This document shows, one piece after another, positions 45,397 through 54,572 of a DNA stretch of 64,000 bases. The notes below the pieces were generated by a model. It saw only the letters and a program-made list of their open reading frames with translations, searched no databases and had not been told where the DNA came from. This DNA comes from a virus. Lineage: Duplodnaviria; Heunggongvirae; Uroviricota; Caudoviricetes. The position numbers and the translations under genes were made by a program. The stretch lies in the IMG/VR virus record IMGVR_UViG_3300019458_000004, positions 1-64,000 of that record; one strand, given 5' to 3'. Position 1 is the first letter of the stretch. Each line of letters starts with the position of its first letter.

Positions 45397-45605
45397 AGTT
45401 TAAAAGGCAAAGCAAATAGGATTTCTTCGTCGGTTAATTGGATTTTCCAAATCGTTTTCTTTCCGATTTTTAGGATGTTAATAAACTTAATTAACCCAAT
45501 ATTAAAGTAAACTTCTTCAACTTGATGAAAGTCAACTTTATTTTGAATTTGTCCACGATCATAGAATTGTGCTTCTGTTCCTAGTAGCTTGATCTTTTTA
45601 ATCAT
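45393..45605 (-). CDS. hypothetical protein
   Basis: 70-aa ORF. Confidence 0.35.
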   Translation of the reverse strand: MIKKIKLLGTEAQFYDRGQIQNKVDFHQVEEVYFNIGLIKFINILKIGKKTIWKIQLTDEEILFALPFKL

Positions 45606-45889
45606 CCGGCTTTTGCTGCTTTCTTAGACTTTTTAACTTCAACTTCCAAAGGAACACCAAGTTCCAAAAGAGTAGAACGAACAAGCTTTTTAAGATTCAT
45701 AAGATTATTAGCAGTTCCCTTGGAAATAGTGTGTGAATTATTGGTGTCAACAAATTGGTAAGTATTAGTTGTTGTATTAAGAAGAACTTTAATTAAGTTA
45801 CCACTCGGTAGTAAAATATTAATATTTGAAATAAGAACCTCGGGACTAGCTTTATGTTGGCTATAACGGATACGAGTTACGTTGATCAT
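45602..45889 (-). CDS. hypothetical protein
   Basis: 95-aa ORF. Confidence 0.35.
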   Translation of the reverse strand: MINVTRIRYSQHKASPEVLISNINILLPSGNLIKVLLNTTTNTYQFVDTNNSHTISKGTANNLMNLKKLVRSTLLELGVPLEVEVKKSKKAAKAG

Positions 45890-45901
45890 TTATTTCTCCT
45901 T

Positions 45902-46105
45902 TTAATTATAGTTTTCAGCAATTGGAAGCGCAGCACCCAGTTGTTGTAAAACCTGGATCTGCTGCAGCGGGCTTAGCTGCACCCACTCAAAGATTACTTC
46001 TCCAAGTTTAACTTTAATATCTAAAAATTCAAATCCATTAGAGTGGTATAAAAATGTTGCTGGAAAACCATCCAATGTTCCGCTTAATTTCATATTTTTA
46101 ATCAC
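45902..46105 (-). CDS. hypothetical protein
   Basis: 67-aa ORF. Confidence 0.35.
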   Translation of the reverse strand: MIKNMKLSGTLDGFPATFLYHSNGFEFLDIKVKLGEVIFEWVQLSPLQQIQVLQQLGAALPIAENYN

Positions 46106-46240
46106 GAAATAACCAAATAAAAATTACGAATAAATACCAGTGATCCTTGAGAAACCGACAAATACTCAAAAAGCTTAACGTAATGTACTCTAACCACACT
46201 ATTACAATATGCAACGCTATAATAAAACCGATTAGCCAAA

Positions 46241-46798
46241 TCATTCAACGCTCCTAGGTTGAAGCTTAGTATACCAGTTGTATTGCCATTCGGCAAGCTT
46301 AATGTTCTGTCTTTTGGTCAGAATATTTCTCATCTTATCAACATAAAATTGATAAACACAATTCGTAAGTTGCTGGTAGTGACCTTTTTTGTCATCGGAC
46401 CAATATCTTAAGGGTACCATTTCTGGTACTAGAGGCATCGCAATCTCAACAAATGTTGATGGGTTATTTTGGTCTGATATAACTCGAATGATGTATTTAG
46501 CTCGTAAATTATGAGGAAGCAGTCCTTGAATAAATTTAACCCCATTAGGAACTGAATTAACTTCTGGACGATTATTAAACTTATAAACAGATCCTAATTC
46601 AGAAATAAAAGCAGGTATTCCTATATTACAATAAGTTCTATTAACTTCCGCTTCTTTTATTGCTTCCTTTTTGCTTTGTCCTACTCCGCACCCTTGACTA
46701 AATTTATTAACAACCCAAATATTTTTATTCATTAATTCATAACGAATAATTGTTTCATCCTCGGTTTGTTTAATCAAATACTCAGACATTTGGACCAT
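46241..46798 (-). CDS. hypothetical protein
   Basis: 185-aa ORF. Confidence 0.4.
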   Translation of the reverse strand: MVQMSEYLIKQTEDETIIRYELMNKNIWVVNKFSQGCGVGQSKKEAIKEAEVNRTYCNIGIPAFISELGSVYKFNNRPEVNSVPNGVKFIQGLLPHNLRAKYIIRVISDQNNPSTFVEIAMPLVPEMVPLRYWSDDKKGHYQQLTNCVYQFYVDKMRNILTKRQNIKLAEWQYNWYTKLQPRSVE

Positions 46799-46979
46799 AT
46801 GTTTGTTCTAAATAATTTTGAACGTTAGCTAAAGAATTAAAGCTCCCGCCTTTCTGTACAAATTGATCAGTTTCTCTATCATAAATTTCTAGTTCGTAAT
46901 GTGAACTATACTCAGCGGAGATATAAGAAATCCGGTATGGTTTGCCGTTTTGATTCCCGCTCGTCACAATTGTTTTCAT
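46782..46979 (-). CDS. hypothetical protein
   Basis: 65-aa ORF. Confidence 0.35.
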   Translation of the reverse strand: MKTIVTSGNQNGKPYRISYISAEYSSHYELEIYDRETDQFVQKGGSFNSLANVQNYLEQTYGPNV

Positions 46980-47407
46980 TTACAAACTCTTGGTCCAGGA
47001 ACTAAGTGACAAACTAAATGTCCAACACATTTTTTGTGGCAATGTTTGTGACATTTCTTATGGCATTGTTTAATTTTCGTTTCCTTACACTTCGGCTTTG
47101 GAGTAGCTGTAGGCTTTGGAGGGCAAGGGGTCGGTGAAGGCTTGGGGGTCGGCGGCAGAGTAGGATTATGCGTGGGGCTTGGCGACGGTTTAGGCGGACA
47201 GGGAGTAGGACTTGGAGTAGGGCTTGGGGTAGGCTTCGGCGGACAGGGGGTAGCCGAAGGGGACGGCGAAACACTCGGGCTCGGCAAAGGATACGGTTTC
47301 TTAGTTTCATGTTCAGATTCAGATACAAGACTGCTTGTTCCACAATCTTCACATTTACCACAAGAAAGAACTGCAATAAGTGCAAGAATATAAATAATAT
47401 TTTTCAT
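46976..47407 (-). CDS. lipoprotein with Pro/Ser/Thr-rich repeats and His/Cys-rich C-terminus
   Basis: Lipobox [18 protein letters not shown] repeats. C-terminus [20 protein letters not shown]. Confidence 0.55.
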   Translation of the reverse strand: MKNIIYILALIAVLSCGKCEDCGTSSLVSESEHETKKPYPLPSPSVSPSPSATPCPPKPTPSPTPSPTPCPPKPSPSPTHNPTLPPTPKPSPTPCPPKPTATPKPKCKETKIKQCHKKCHKHCHKKCVGHLVCHLVPGPRVCK

Positions 47408-47418
47408 ATATCTTCTAA

Positions 47419-47919
47419 TTAAAATTCAAACTCCAAACCACCAGTATACAATCTATTTGAAAAGGCTTGGCCAGTTAACCAAACCGGGCCTAGAACACGA
47501 ATCGAAACAGATCCACCAATTACAAGATCATTTCTTAAATCATAACGATAAGAATTCGAAGATACTTCAGTGCGTTTAACTCCAACAGGACCGCATCCCG
47601 CGTGTAAACCAAGCTTGAATCGAGAACGCGCGGCTGATGCTAATCGAGCCGCTAATCGATAATGATCCTGATTGTGAACATGGACATTCACAGTTTGACG
47701 TTGATTCTGATGTTGTTCATTATCTTGGTCTTGATATTGCTTTTGTTGTGGCTCCCGTTCTTTCGGAAAGCTAAGTCTATGAACAGCCGGGACCTTGGGT
47801 TTAGGCTTCGGCGGGCATGGACAATTCTTTTGTGGTTCAGATGAATTAGAAATAACCGTCTCTTCTCCGCCTGCCACGGCAATATTTGCCAACATTAAAA
47901 ATGTTAGAATAATTTTCAT
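47419..47919 (-). CDS. secreted outer-membrane beta-barrel-like protein
   Basis: Signal peptide [25 protein letters not shown] linker. C-terminal ..YTGGLEFEF ends in Phe as in OMP barrels. Confidence 0.45.
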   Translation of the reverse strand: MKIILTFLMLANIAVAGGEETVISNSSEPQKNCPCPPKPKPKVPAVHRLSFPKEREPQQKQYQDQDNEQHQNQRQTVNVHVHNQDHYRLAARLASAARSRFKLGLHAGCGPVGVKRTEVSSNSYRYDLRNDLVIGGSVSIRVLGPVWLTGQAFSNRLYTGGLEFEF

Positions 47920-47995
47920 AATTTTCTCTTCAATAATATTAAACCGATTTACATTTTAATGCAACTACAATTTTTTTCGATAATATCAGCATCCT

Positions 47996-48208
47996 TTAAT
48001 AAGTATATTCAGATCTATACAAATCAATTCCACGAAGAATCTCATCATTGGGTTTAACTTCTTGTGGAATAATATCAGCCTGCAATACAACCAATACTCC
48101 CAATTCCGTTGTGGTCATTGAAATTATTTGGCATCCTTCCTGGATAAATCCATTCAAAGTTTTCTCAGCTATTTCAACTGGAATAGTTTTGACAAATTGA
48201 GTAATCAT
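47996..48208 (-). CDS. hypothetical protein
   Basis: 70-aa ORF. Confidence 0.35.
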   Translation of the reverse strand: MITQFVKTIPVEIAEKTLNGFIQEGCQIISMTTTELGVLVVLQADIIPQEVKPNDEILRGIDLYRSEYTY

Positions 48209-48489
48209 TTCATTCCTCCATACTTCTGATTCATTTTCATTTGCCGGTAATCTTCAAGATAATAAACTTTTCCAATTGGATGTCTCTCTTGTTCTAATTT
48301 AGCAGAAAATTTAATAACAATTGCGTTTTTATTTAAAAGTGATTCAGCTTCAATTTGTTTTTCATCTTTATGGATATTTTGAATTTCATAAAGAAACTCT
48401 TGAATTGTTTCTTCAAAGTGAAGCCGAACAATTTCCCATTGACCTCGATCTCGAAACTCAAGAATGTCACCAACTAAAAACAATTGCAT
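48205..48489 (-). CDS. hypothetical protein
   Basis: 94-aa ORF. Confidence 0.35.
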   Translation of the reverse strand: MQLFLVGDILEFRDRGQWEIVRLHFEETIQEFLYEIQNIHKDEKQIEAESLLNKNAIVIKFSAKLEQERHPIGKVYYLEDYRQMKMNQKYGGMK

Positions 48490-48490
48490 A

Positions 48491-48721
48491 TTATTCTCCG
48501 TATTTCATAAAGTCTTTAGCTTGATCATAGGCTCTTGATGCCATATCTTCGTAAGCGGCTTGATAAAGCTCGGATTGATAAGTATTAGTTAGTTCTTCTA
48601 GTTCAGCTTCAGTAAGATCCTGCCCATTATCGACATATTCGGCAGCAATAACCCAAACTCCTTCTCCTGACTCAAAATCAATATCGATAATACCAACTTC
48701 ACGATCATTTAGAGTATACAT
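48491..48721 (-). CDS. hypothetical acidic protein
   Basis: 76-aa ORF. Confidence 0.35.
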   Translation of the reverse strand: MYTLNDREVGIIDIDFESGEGVWVIAAEYVDNGQDLTEAELEELTNTYQSELYQAAYEDMASRAYDQAKDFMKYGE

Positions 48722-48736
48722 AATTAATTCTCCCTA

Positions 48737-48765
48737 TTGACATTTGGTTTAAAATATGATAAAAT
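48737..48765 (+). promoter_or_regulatory. sigma70-like promoter (TTGACA-17-TAAAAT) on the plus strand, antisense to flanking genes
   Basis: TTGACA at 48737-48742, 17-nt spacer, TAAAAT at 48760-48765. Confidence 0.3.
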
Positions 48766-48928
48766 AAAAACTGGTCTTGAACATTACAAAGCAATAAATT
48801 TGAAGTTAGTGATTGATAGGAGCAGTGTGTCTTGAATAAACTATAAGACATTATGCACCACAAAGTTTGTAAAACATAGTATAAAATCTATTGAATAAAC
48901 GAGAACTAGGTATTTGTAGTTACTCACT

Positions 48929-49225
48929 TTATTTTCCTCCGCATTGGCAGCCTGAAACCAACAAAACCTTATAAAAATCACAAAAACAAGTTTTAGATTC
49001 TTCTATTTCATTTTCAAACCAATCAATAAGCTCAAAGTTTTCAGGTAGAATTGATTCTAAATCATTTGGAAAAATAGAAATGTCAGAACAACTTTTAAAA
49101 AGATCTGTTACTTCAAAACCATCAGAAGTAAACATATTACAAAATAAGTTTTCATTATTACCTACGTAAAAAACAAATGGTTTATCATATCCAGTCACAG
49201 AAATTAGATCTCCAATAGTTTTCAT
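48929..49225 (-). CDS. hypothetical protein
   Basis: 98-aa ORF. Confidence 0.35.
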   Translation of the reverse strand: MKTIGDLISVTGYDKPFVFYVGNNENLFCNMFTSDGFEVTDLFKSCSDISIFPNDLESILPENFELIDWFENEIEESKTCFCDFYKVLLVSGCQCGGK

Positions 49226-49506
49226 CTTTTACCTCTAAAAAATTTCTTAACATCTGATAAAAACGTTGGCAGCAACCGCATTGCGATATCAAGATTGGGT
49301 TCTTGAATTGCTTTCTCCATTGATTCTGCTTCAATTCTGATAAAATCTTCAGTGTTATCAATATCTTTCACAACTTCCATTCTTTGAAGAATTTCAATGT
49401 TACGAATTGCTTTTTCAATATCCAGGGTATTCTTATTCTTCCTAAGACGTTCTAAATCTTCAGGAAGAATGAAAGTTATGTTTTCATTTTTGCGTTCAGC
49501 ACTCAT
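49222..49506 (-). CDS. hypothetical protein
   Basis: 94-aa ORF; a TTGACA-17-TTATTA promoter-like element lies upstream on the minus strand at about 49545-49582. Confidence 0.35.
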   Translation of the reverse strand: MSAERKNENITFILPEDLERLRKNKNTLDIEKAIRNIEILQRMEVVKDIDNTEDFIRIEAESMEKAIQEPNLDIAMRLLPTFLSDVKKFFRGKR

Positions 49507-49693
49507 GCCCTTATTAAATGCAAACGGTTTGCCAAAGCTAAGTATTTGATTTTTAATAACCCCTTAATTATGTGAATGTCAAAAAACTAAGTAGGTTTTA
49601 GGATAAGCCAATAAATACAAAGATGTTATGTTTTTATACAATGTCAAAACTATTTACATTGCATCTTAATACTAAACCAGTTAATATGGTTAT

Positions 49694-50257
49694 ATGATAA
49701 CGGCGATTTATTTAAGAGTGTCCACCCAAGATCAATCTACTGATTCACAACGTGCTGAAATTGATTTATTTATTAAAGCAAAAGGCTATACAAACTTTCG
49801 GGTTTATGAGGATAAAGCAACCGGCACTAATAACAATAGGCCAATGCTTAAGAAGTTATTGCAAGACTGCCACGCTGGGCAGGTTAGCATTGTAATATGC
49901 TACAAATTAGACAGATTCTTCCGTTCTCTTAAAGATCTAATTAATACGCTGCAGCAATTAGACGAATTAAAGATTGCTTTTATTTCATTACGTGACAACG
50001 TAGATCTTTCAACCCCTTCTGGTCGCCTAATGATGCATATGATCGGCGCATTCGCTGAATTCGAAGCAAGCCTTATTCAGGAACGCGTTAAAAGCGGTTT
50101 AAAGGCAGCCAAACAGCGAGGGGTTGTCTTGGGTCGGCCCAAGCTTCACGAACCCTCTATAGCCCGTTTAATGCGAAAACAAGGGCATTCTATAAGAGAG
50201 ATCAGCCGAAAGTTAAACATTCCGAAGAGCACAGTTAACGAATTAATTAGAACATAG
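49694..50257 (+). CDS. small serine recombinase (resolvase/DNA-invertase family, Hin/Gin-like)
   Basis: IYLRVSTQDQ (catalytic Ser), DRFFRS, C-terminal HTH IREISRKLNIPKSTV. 187 aa; the only plus-strand gene inside the minus block. Confidence 0.85.
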   Translation: MITAIYLRVSTQDQSTDSQRAEIDLFIKAKGYTNFRVYEDKATGTNNNRPMLKKLLQDCHAGQVSIVICYKLDRFFRSLKDLINTLQQLDELKIAFISLRDNVDLSTPSGRLMMHMIGAFAEFEASLIQERVKSGLKAAKQRGVVLGRPKLHEPSIARLMRKQGHSIREISRKLNIPKSTVNELIRT

Positions 50258-50583
50258 CCCATTGACGATTTAGATGATATCTGAAATAAGAGTTTTCAAG
50301 TACAACATTTTTACCATCAAACCAATAAACATCTTTTCTATGAATTAAACCGTCAACCCAATAATGGGCATATAGATTCTTATTCAATCGACGTGTTTTA
50401 TCCTGTGGACGTACTTCTATATCCTCAGAATGAATTTCAACTTATCAGTTAAATCTTTATCATCTTTAGATAAAGTAAACTTAAAATTATAACTATTTCC
50501 ACACGCCGTGTTAGGTAAACAAATCATCTCAACAAAATTAGGCAGTTCGCCTCTTACTTGATATTTAAAACTACTTCCAGATC

Positions 50584-50889
50584 TTAATCATAACACTGTT
50601 CCATATTCAAATATTTTAAATGAACATAATAAACAGTACTTGAAACAGTAATACCTTTTGGCGAAACTGAGAATTCTAAATTTTTGCGTCTGAAATAAGA
50701 ATTCCCATCTTCACCTATTTCAACTGCAATTTCATATTGTTTACGTCGTCGATCACTAACGGTTTCAACTTTGTAAGTTTGTTTTAAAGATTGAACAATT
50801 TCATTTAAGAATTCAGCATTACGTTTTAATGTTTCCAGATTGGACACAACTTCATTCGAGATCAATTTTTGAAACATACAATACCTCAT
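50584..50889 (-). CDS. hypothetical protein
   Basis: 101-aa ORF. Confidence 0.35.
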   Translation of the reverse strand: MRYCMFQKLISNEVVSNLETLKRNAEFLNEIVQSLKQTYKVETVSDRRRKQYEIAVEIGEDGNSYFRRKNLEFSVSPKGITVSSTVYYVHLKYLNMEQCYD

Positions 50890-51320
50890 TTTAAAATTAG
50901 TTTAAAAATATTCGCTTCGGCATTCCTTAAATATTCTAATACCTCATTCGAGGTTCCAGAAAAGGTATTAAGATCCTTAGCACGTTGTTTATACGTTTCC
51001 AAACGGGTTAGATGCCCTTTGGAGATCGGTTTTCCCTCACGTTTGGTATAACGCTCGGAAACGGTTTCCGCTGATTCAATTATGAATACAGGATTGACCT
51101 TGAAACCCGCCCTTGTTAACGGGTCAACTAATTCAGACACACTAAAAGGCGTTTCAATTAGAATAGGTTTGGTTGCAATACTACCAAGTTCTAGAATTGT
51201 AGCTAAGTATGTTTTCTTATATTGATCGTGCGCGAAATACTCATATTGATCTTTTAATTGATTACATATTGTGGTTTTCCCCGATCCGGGGACGCCGACA
51301 ACTAGGTATATTGGTTGCAT
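50886..51320 (-). CDS. P-loop NTPase/kinase
   Basis: Walker A VVGVPGSGKTT. Confidence 0.45.
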   Translation of the reverse strand: MQPIYLVVGVPGSGKTTICNQLKDQYEYFAHDQYKKTYLATILELGSIATKPILIETPFSVSELVDPLTRAGFKVNPVFIIESAETVSERYTKREGKPISKGHLTRLETYKQRAKDLNTFSGTSNEVLEYLRNAEANIFKLILK

Positions 51321-51362
51321 TAGCTATTCCTTTCATCTTACTTAATTATAGTGCGAGAATGC

Positions 51363-51647
51363 TCATTCTCTACTCATTCTAATATAACGCTCTAAAACAT
51401 TCCCGATGTGCGTCAATGTTTCGGTTGAATAGGTTGAAATTATTTCAGTGAATATACTTTCAAGATCAACTTCTTTTAGGCTTGGGCTTGGTTTAAATTC
51501 CCAATGATCTGGAATAACAGCATTCCGCAGATATAGTGTTTCCGCTATATCAAACCAAAAATTCATAGCGGTTGATATATCGTCGGAACCGTCTAAGAAC
51601 ATATTTAATTCTTGTTTTAATTCTATATATTCACGCGTTTGTTTCAT
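51363..51647 (-). CDS. hypothetical protein
   Basis: 94-aa ORF. Confidence 0.35.
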   Translation of the reverse strand: MKQTREYIELKQELNMFLDGSDDISTAMNFWFDIAETLYLRNAVIPDHWEFKPSPSLKEVDLESIFTEIISTYSTETLTHIGNVLERYIRMSRE

Positions 51648-51650
51648 AAT

Positions 51651-51959
51651 TTACCTCACTCGAATTGATGCATAATAATATACATCCTGACTATAACACT
51701 CTTCGTCGTCACAATCAGTATGTGTTTCCTCGGTTTCCGTTGAATTAGGTAAAGAATCAACTTCAACTTCCAAGGCATTCGAGATCTCATAGCCTTGCTG
51801 CACCAATCCTTCCATTGCATCATTCAAGGCTTCAACTAAGTTGTTTCCAATGCCGGTTGAAACCGTTTCAAACCTAGTATAGGAAAAACCACACCCTTGA
51901 AAATATTGTTCGTGTTCAATACCATGATCTACAATTTCATATTCCTGTATTGTTTTCAT
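51651..51959 (-). CDS. hypothetical acidic protein
   Basis: 102-aa ORF. Confidence 0.35.
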   Translation of the reverse strand: MKTIQEYEIVDHGIEHEQYFQGCGFSYTRFETVSTGIGNNLVEALNDAMEGLVQQGYEISNALEVEVDSLPNSTETEETHTDCDDEECYSQDVYYYASIRVR

Positions 51960-52009
51960 AGTTCAACCCTTCCTTTTCATTTTTCATATTTAGGCACACA
52001 CAACTCTTA

Positions 52010-52651
52010 TTATTTAGGTAAAAATACTTCGCCGATAACTTTCAATCTTTTAACCCTTACTTTTCCGCCAGCGCACCCGATAATATTTTTTATATGTACT
52101 TTAACGGCTATAAGTGTATCCCCTTCATTCCAGAAGTTAGGTGTTGAAACATGTAAACCATTAGAACACGACACGATTGAATTCTCATTGTATTCTTTAC
52201 AGAGTGCAATTTCGCCATCGCGGTAAATAAATTCCGAATCATGTAAACTTCGATATTCACCGTCCTTAATTTTATTAACTTTTTTATAGAATATATAAGT
52301 ATTTTTAATTGGAATTATATCCAAAGCACACCCGATCAATGTTTTAATGCAGTCTTTTAAATCAATTTTAAAGACACCGAATTTAAGCCAAATTTCACCG
52401 TAAACCTGCGCATCGCCGTAAACCTGCGCATCGCCGTAAACCCGCGCATCGCCGTAAACCCGCGCATTGCCGTAAACCCGCGCATCGCCGTAAACCCACG
52501 CATTGCCGTAAACACTCAAATTTTTTTCAGATTCAATATATCCACCAATTTCACCTTTTTTAACAAACCCGAATGCTGTAATACATTCGATTCTGAAAAG
52601 TTTTCGACCAAAAATATCAACCGATAAATCTGTTCGTAATTTATATTTCAT
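52010..52651 (-). CDS. hexapeptide-repeat (VYGDAR)n protein, possible beta-helix
   Basis: VYGNAW-VYGDAR-VYGNAR-VYGDAR-VYGDAQ-VYGDAQ-VYGE, encoded by an 18-bp tandem DNA repeat at about 52375-52500. Confidence 0.45.
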   Translation of the reverse strand: MKYKLRTDLSVDIFGRKLFRIECITAFGFVKKGEIGGYIESEKNLSVYGNAWVYGDARVYGNARVYGDARVYGDAQVYGDAQVYGEIWLKFGVFKIDLKDCIKTLIGCALDIIPIKNTYIFYKKVNKIKDGEYRSLHDSEFIYRDGEIALCKEYNENSIVSCSNGLHVSTPNFWNEGDTLIAVKVHIKNIIGCAGGKVRVKRLKVIGEVFLPK

Positions 52652-52700
52652 AACTTCCTCCGTTTTTCATTTTAAAGTTTAATTGTGTCGGAATTATGTT

Positions 52701-53123
52701 CTATTTTAACACAATCGTTTGGAATGTTTTCGGCGCACCGCATGCATGGAATTCAAACCCTAAACAACGTGCCGCATTCTCATTCTTAAAGAAATAGATA
52801 AACTCCATTGGTTTGATCCCATTTCGCGAGCTCTTTGATCCTTTAGAGTCAATGAACGGGTTATATGCAGGTATATGTCGATTGAAACCTTGTACAGCGG
52901 CATTGACATCCAACACCAAACTAGACAAGTCACGCCGTGCTTCAGATCTTCCAAACAAAGTTGATTTCGCAGGCGTCGTAACAGGCAGTTTGGCATACTT
53001 CTTAGAATCAATGTCAATGTTCACCACGACCTTGAAAGGATACCCGCCGTAACTCGTATCGTGAATCGAAGCCACAATTGATTTAATTGTAAACATAGTA
53101 TTCCTTTCAATGCCTAAACCCAA
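52701..53123 (-). CDS. hypothetical protein
   Basis: 140-aa ORF (possibly starting at Met10). Last gene of the minus block. Confidence 0.4.
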   Translation of the reverse strand: MGLGIERNTMFTIKSIVASIHDTSYGGYPFKVVVNIDIDSKKYAKLPVTTPAKSTLFGRSEARRDLSSLVLDVNAAVQGFNRHIPAYNPFIDSKGSKSSRNGIKPMEFIYFFKNENAARCLGFEFHACGAPKTFQTIVLK

Positions 53124-53640
53124 GGTCGCGCTACGATAACCTTGGGCGGCATGCTAAATAGTCAATTTATAAATCAGAGAAAACAGAACAATTGAATACG
53201 CAAACAATATAGCTTTGTATTCTTGCTTCATTGTATCCTCCTAATTTAGGAATTCAATTAAAAGAAAACCGATCACTGCGTCAGTCCAGCCCGCAACGGA
53301 ATACCCTAACAACGTAGGCTGCAACGCTTATTATATACACCTCATCCTTTCTTGCAACGCTTGATGCGTCGCACTAATTAAATAATACAGGAAGCATGCC
53401 AAACGAATTCTCTTTTAAATACAACGAGCGCCTATTTTTTTGCGCATAACAATTATACAGAAAACAGAATACTATAAGGAATATATAGCTGTTAAGAATC
53501 TATATAGTGTATATTAGTTTAACATATAGCCGATATAACAATCCTGGGTTGTTATTTTAGTGTGTAAAGTAAACTTTATACCCGATAAGGTATAAGTTAA
53601 AATTAATGAGTTTAAACAGAACGTGTATTAGGGATAAGAG
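53124..53640. promoter_or_regulatory. AT-rich non-coding region with iteron-like repeats (candidate origin or divergent control region)
   Basis: No ORF. Repeats TGCAACGCTT x2 and (A/C)TATATAG(C/T) x3. Hairpin CCCAAGGT..ACCTTGGG. Sits at the minus/plus strand switch. Confidence 0.3.
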
Positions 53641-53977
53641 TGTATGTAATACCCGTCTTGACTAAGCGAGAGCCCGGACATGAGCGCGTGCCCGAGGGGC
53701 CGTGAAGCGGGGTGCCCGCGCGTACCAAGGGATGATCGGGCGAAAGCTCCGCGCCGAAGTAGATCCCTTCCTTCTGGTCGGGACGGCCAGAGGTTAGCTC
53801 CTGGCCCACCGGAAAGTAGCCCCGCCACGCGCGATTGGCGCGCGACATGGCGATCTTCATTTTCGTGGCGAGGTCGAGAGCGAAAAAATGACGGCTGACC
53901 GCCTCGAGATATTGCTCGAGTTGGGGATCAATGCCGTGATGGGTGACGTCGAGGACAAGCGGACGAATGGGCTTCAT
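53612..53977 (-). pseudogene. fragment of a high-GC 2OG-Fe(II) oxygenase (isopenicillin-N-synthase-like), central part
   Basis: ..[76 protein letters not shown]. Lies in a high-GC island unlike the rest of the genome. Confidence 0.5.
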
Positions 53978-54039
53978 GGGGATGACGTTACCAGCAGGCC
54001 GGCGGAATTGACAGCGCCCGGAACCCGTTGGATTCTGGG

Positions 54040-54165
54040 GCTCCAGTGGTTCTCGTCATCGATATCTCACCGTTACTCAAGCCCGGCCTAGACGCTAGCC
54101 CGACCGCCTCCGCGTTGGGCCAGGCCTGTCGGGAGCACGGCTTTTTCTACGTCACCCACCGCGTG
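54040..54165 (+). pseudogene. N-terminal fragment of the same 2OG-Fe(II) oxygenase in inverted orientation
   Basis: Plus-strand frame gives [38 protein letters not shown], then diverges. It shares the 10-bp ACGTCACCCA with the minus-strand fragment. Confidence 0.4.
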
Positions 54166-54424
54166 TTGGAGCTTCCCCGCACGCCGGATCGCCCCCGACG
54201 AACTTGAAGCGATCCTTACCCGTCTTCGCATCAAACACGTGAGTCGTGCCGTCTCGGTAGCCGCCGTGGACCCAGAAATACTTGCAGTCGGGACTGAAGA
54301 TCGCGAGGCCCCCGTCGGGGATTGCTCGCGCCGGCTTCTTGCCCTCGATAAAACAAAGCTCCCACGAATACTCGCTCGTCGCGACGAAGAAGAGCTCGCT
54401 CCCCTCGCAATGGCGCCCGAGCAT
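54152..54424 (-). pseudogene. fragment of a WD40/TolB-like beta-propeller protein (high-GC origin)
   Basis: IFSPDCKYFWVHGGYRDGTTHVFDAKTGK resembles a propeller blade. Confidence 0.3.
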
Positions 54425-54572
54425 ACAATCCTCTCGTAGCTATGTCCGGTATACTGTGCCACCCCCAGGGGGTAGGTACTTCAAGAAGGACGGCACGCAC
54501 TTGTAGGTTAACACGCATAATTTTTCTATTTTTTGCTGGTCATATTTCATACCTAAATTAACAACTTATAGT

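Noticed and set aside
47014-47422. Plus- and minus-strand ORFs 47014..47385, 47142..47393, 47168..47422 (Arg/Gly-rich).
   Set aside because: They are alternative frames of the GC-rich proline-repeat DNA inside the lipoprotein gene 46976..47407; low-complexity artefacts.
49507-49693. hix/gix-type crossover site upstream of the recombinase (GCAAACGGTTTGC; AAAAAC-n7-GGTTTT).
   Set aside because: Spacing does not match the AAACC-nn-GGTTT core with a 2-bp crossover and no second inverted copy was found by eye. Left as an open question.
53628-54518. ORFs 53628..53828, 53680..53898, 53888..54091, 54088..54462, 54231..54518, 54239..54439, 54282..54506.
   Set aside because: Overlapping Ala/Arg/Gly-rich frames typical of spurious ORFs in high-GC DNA. 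Only the oxygenase and propeller fragments have recognisable sequence.
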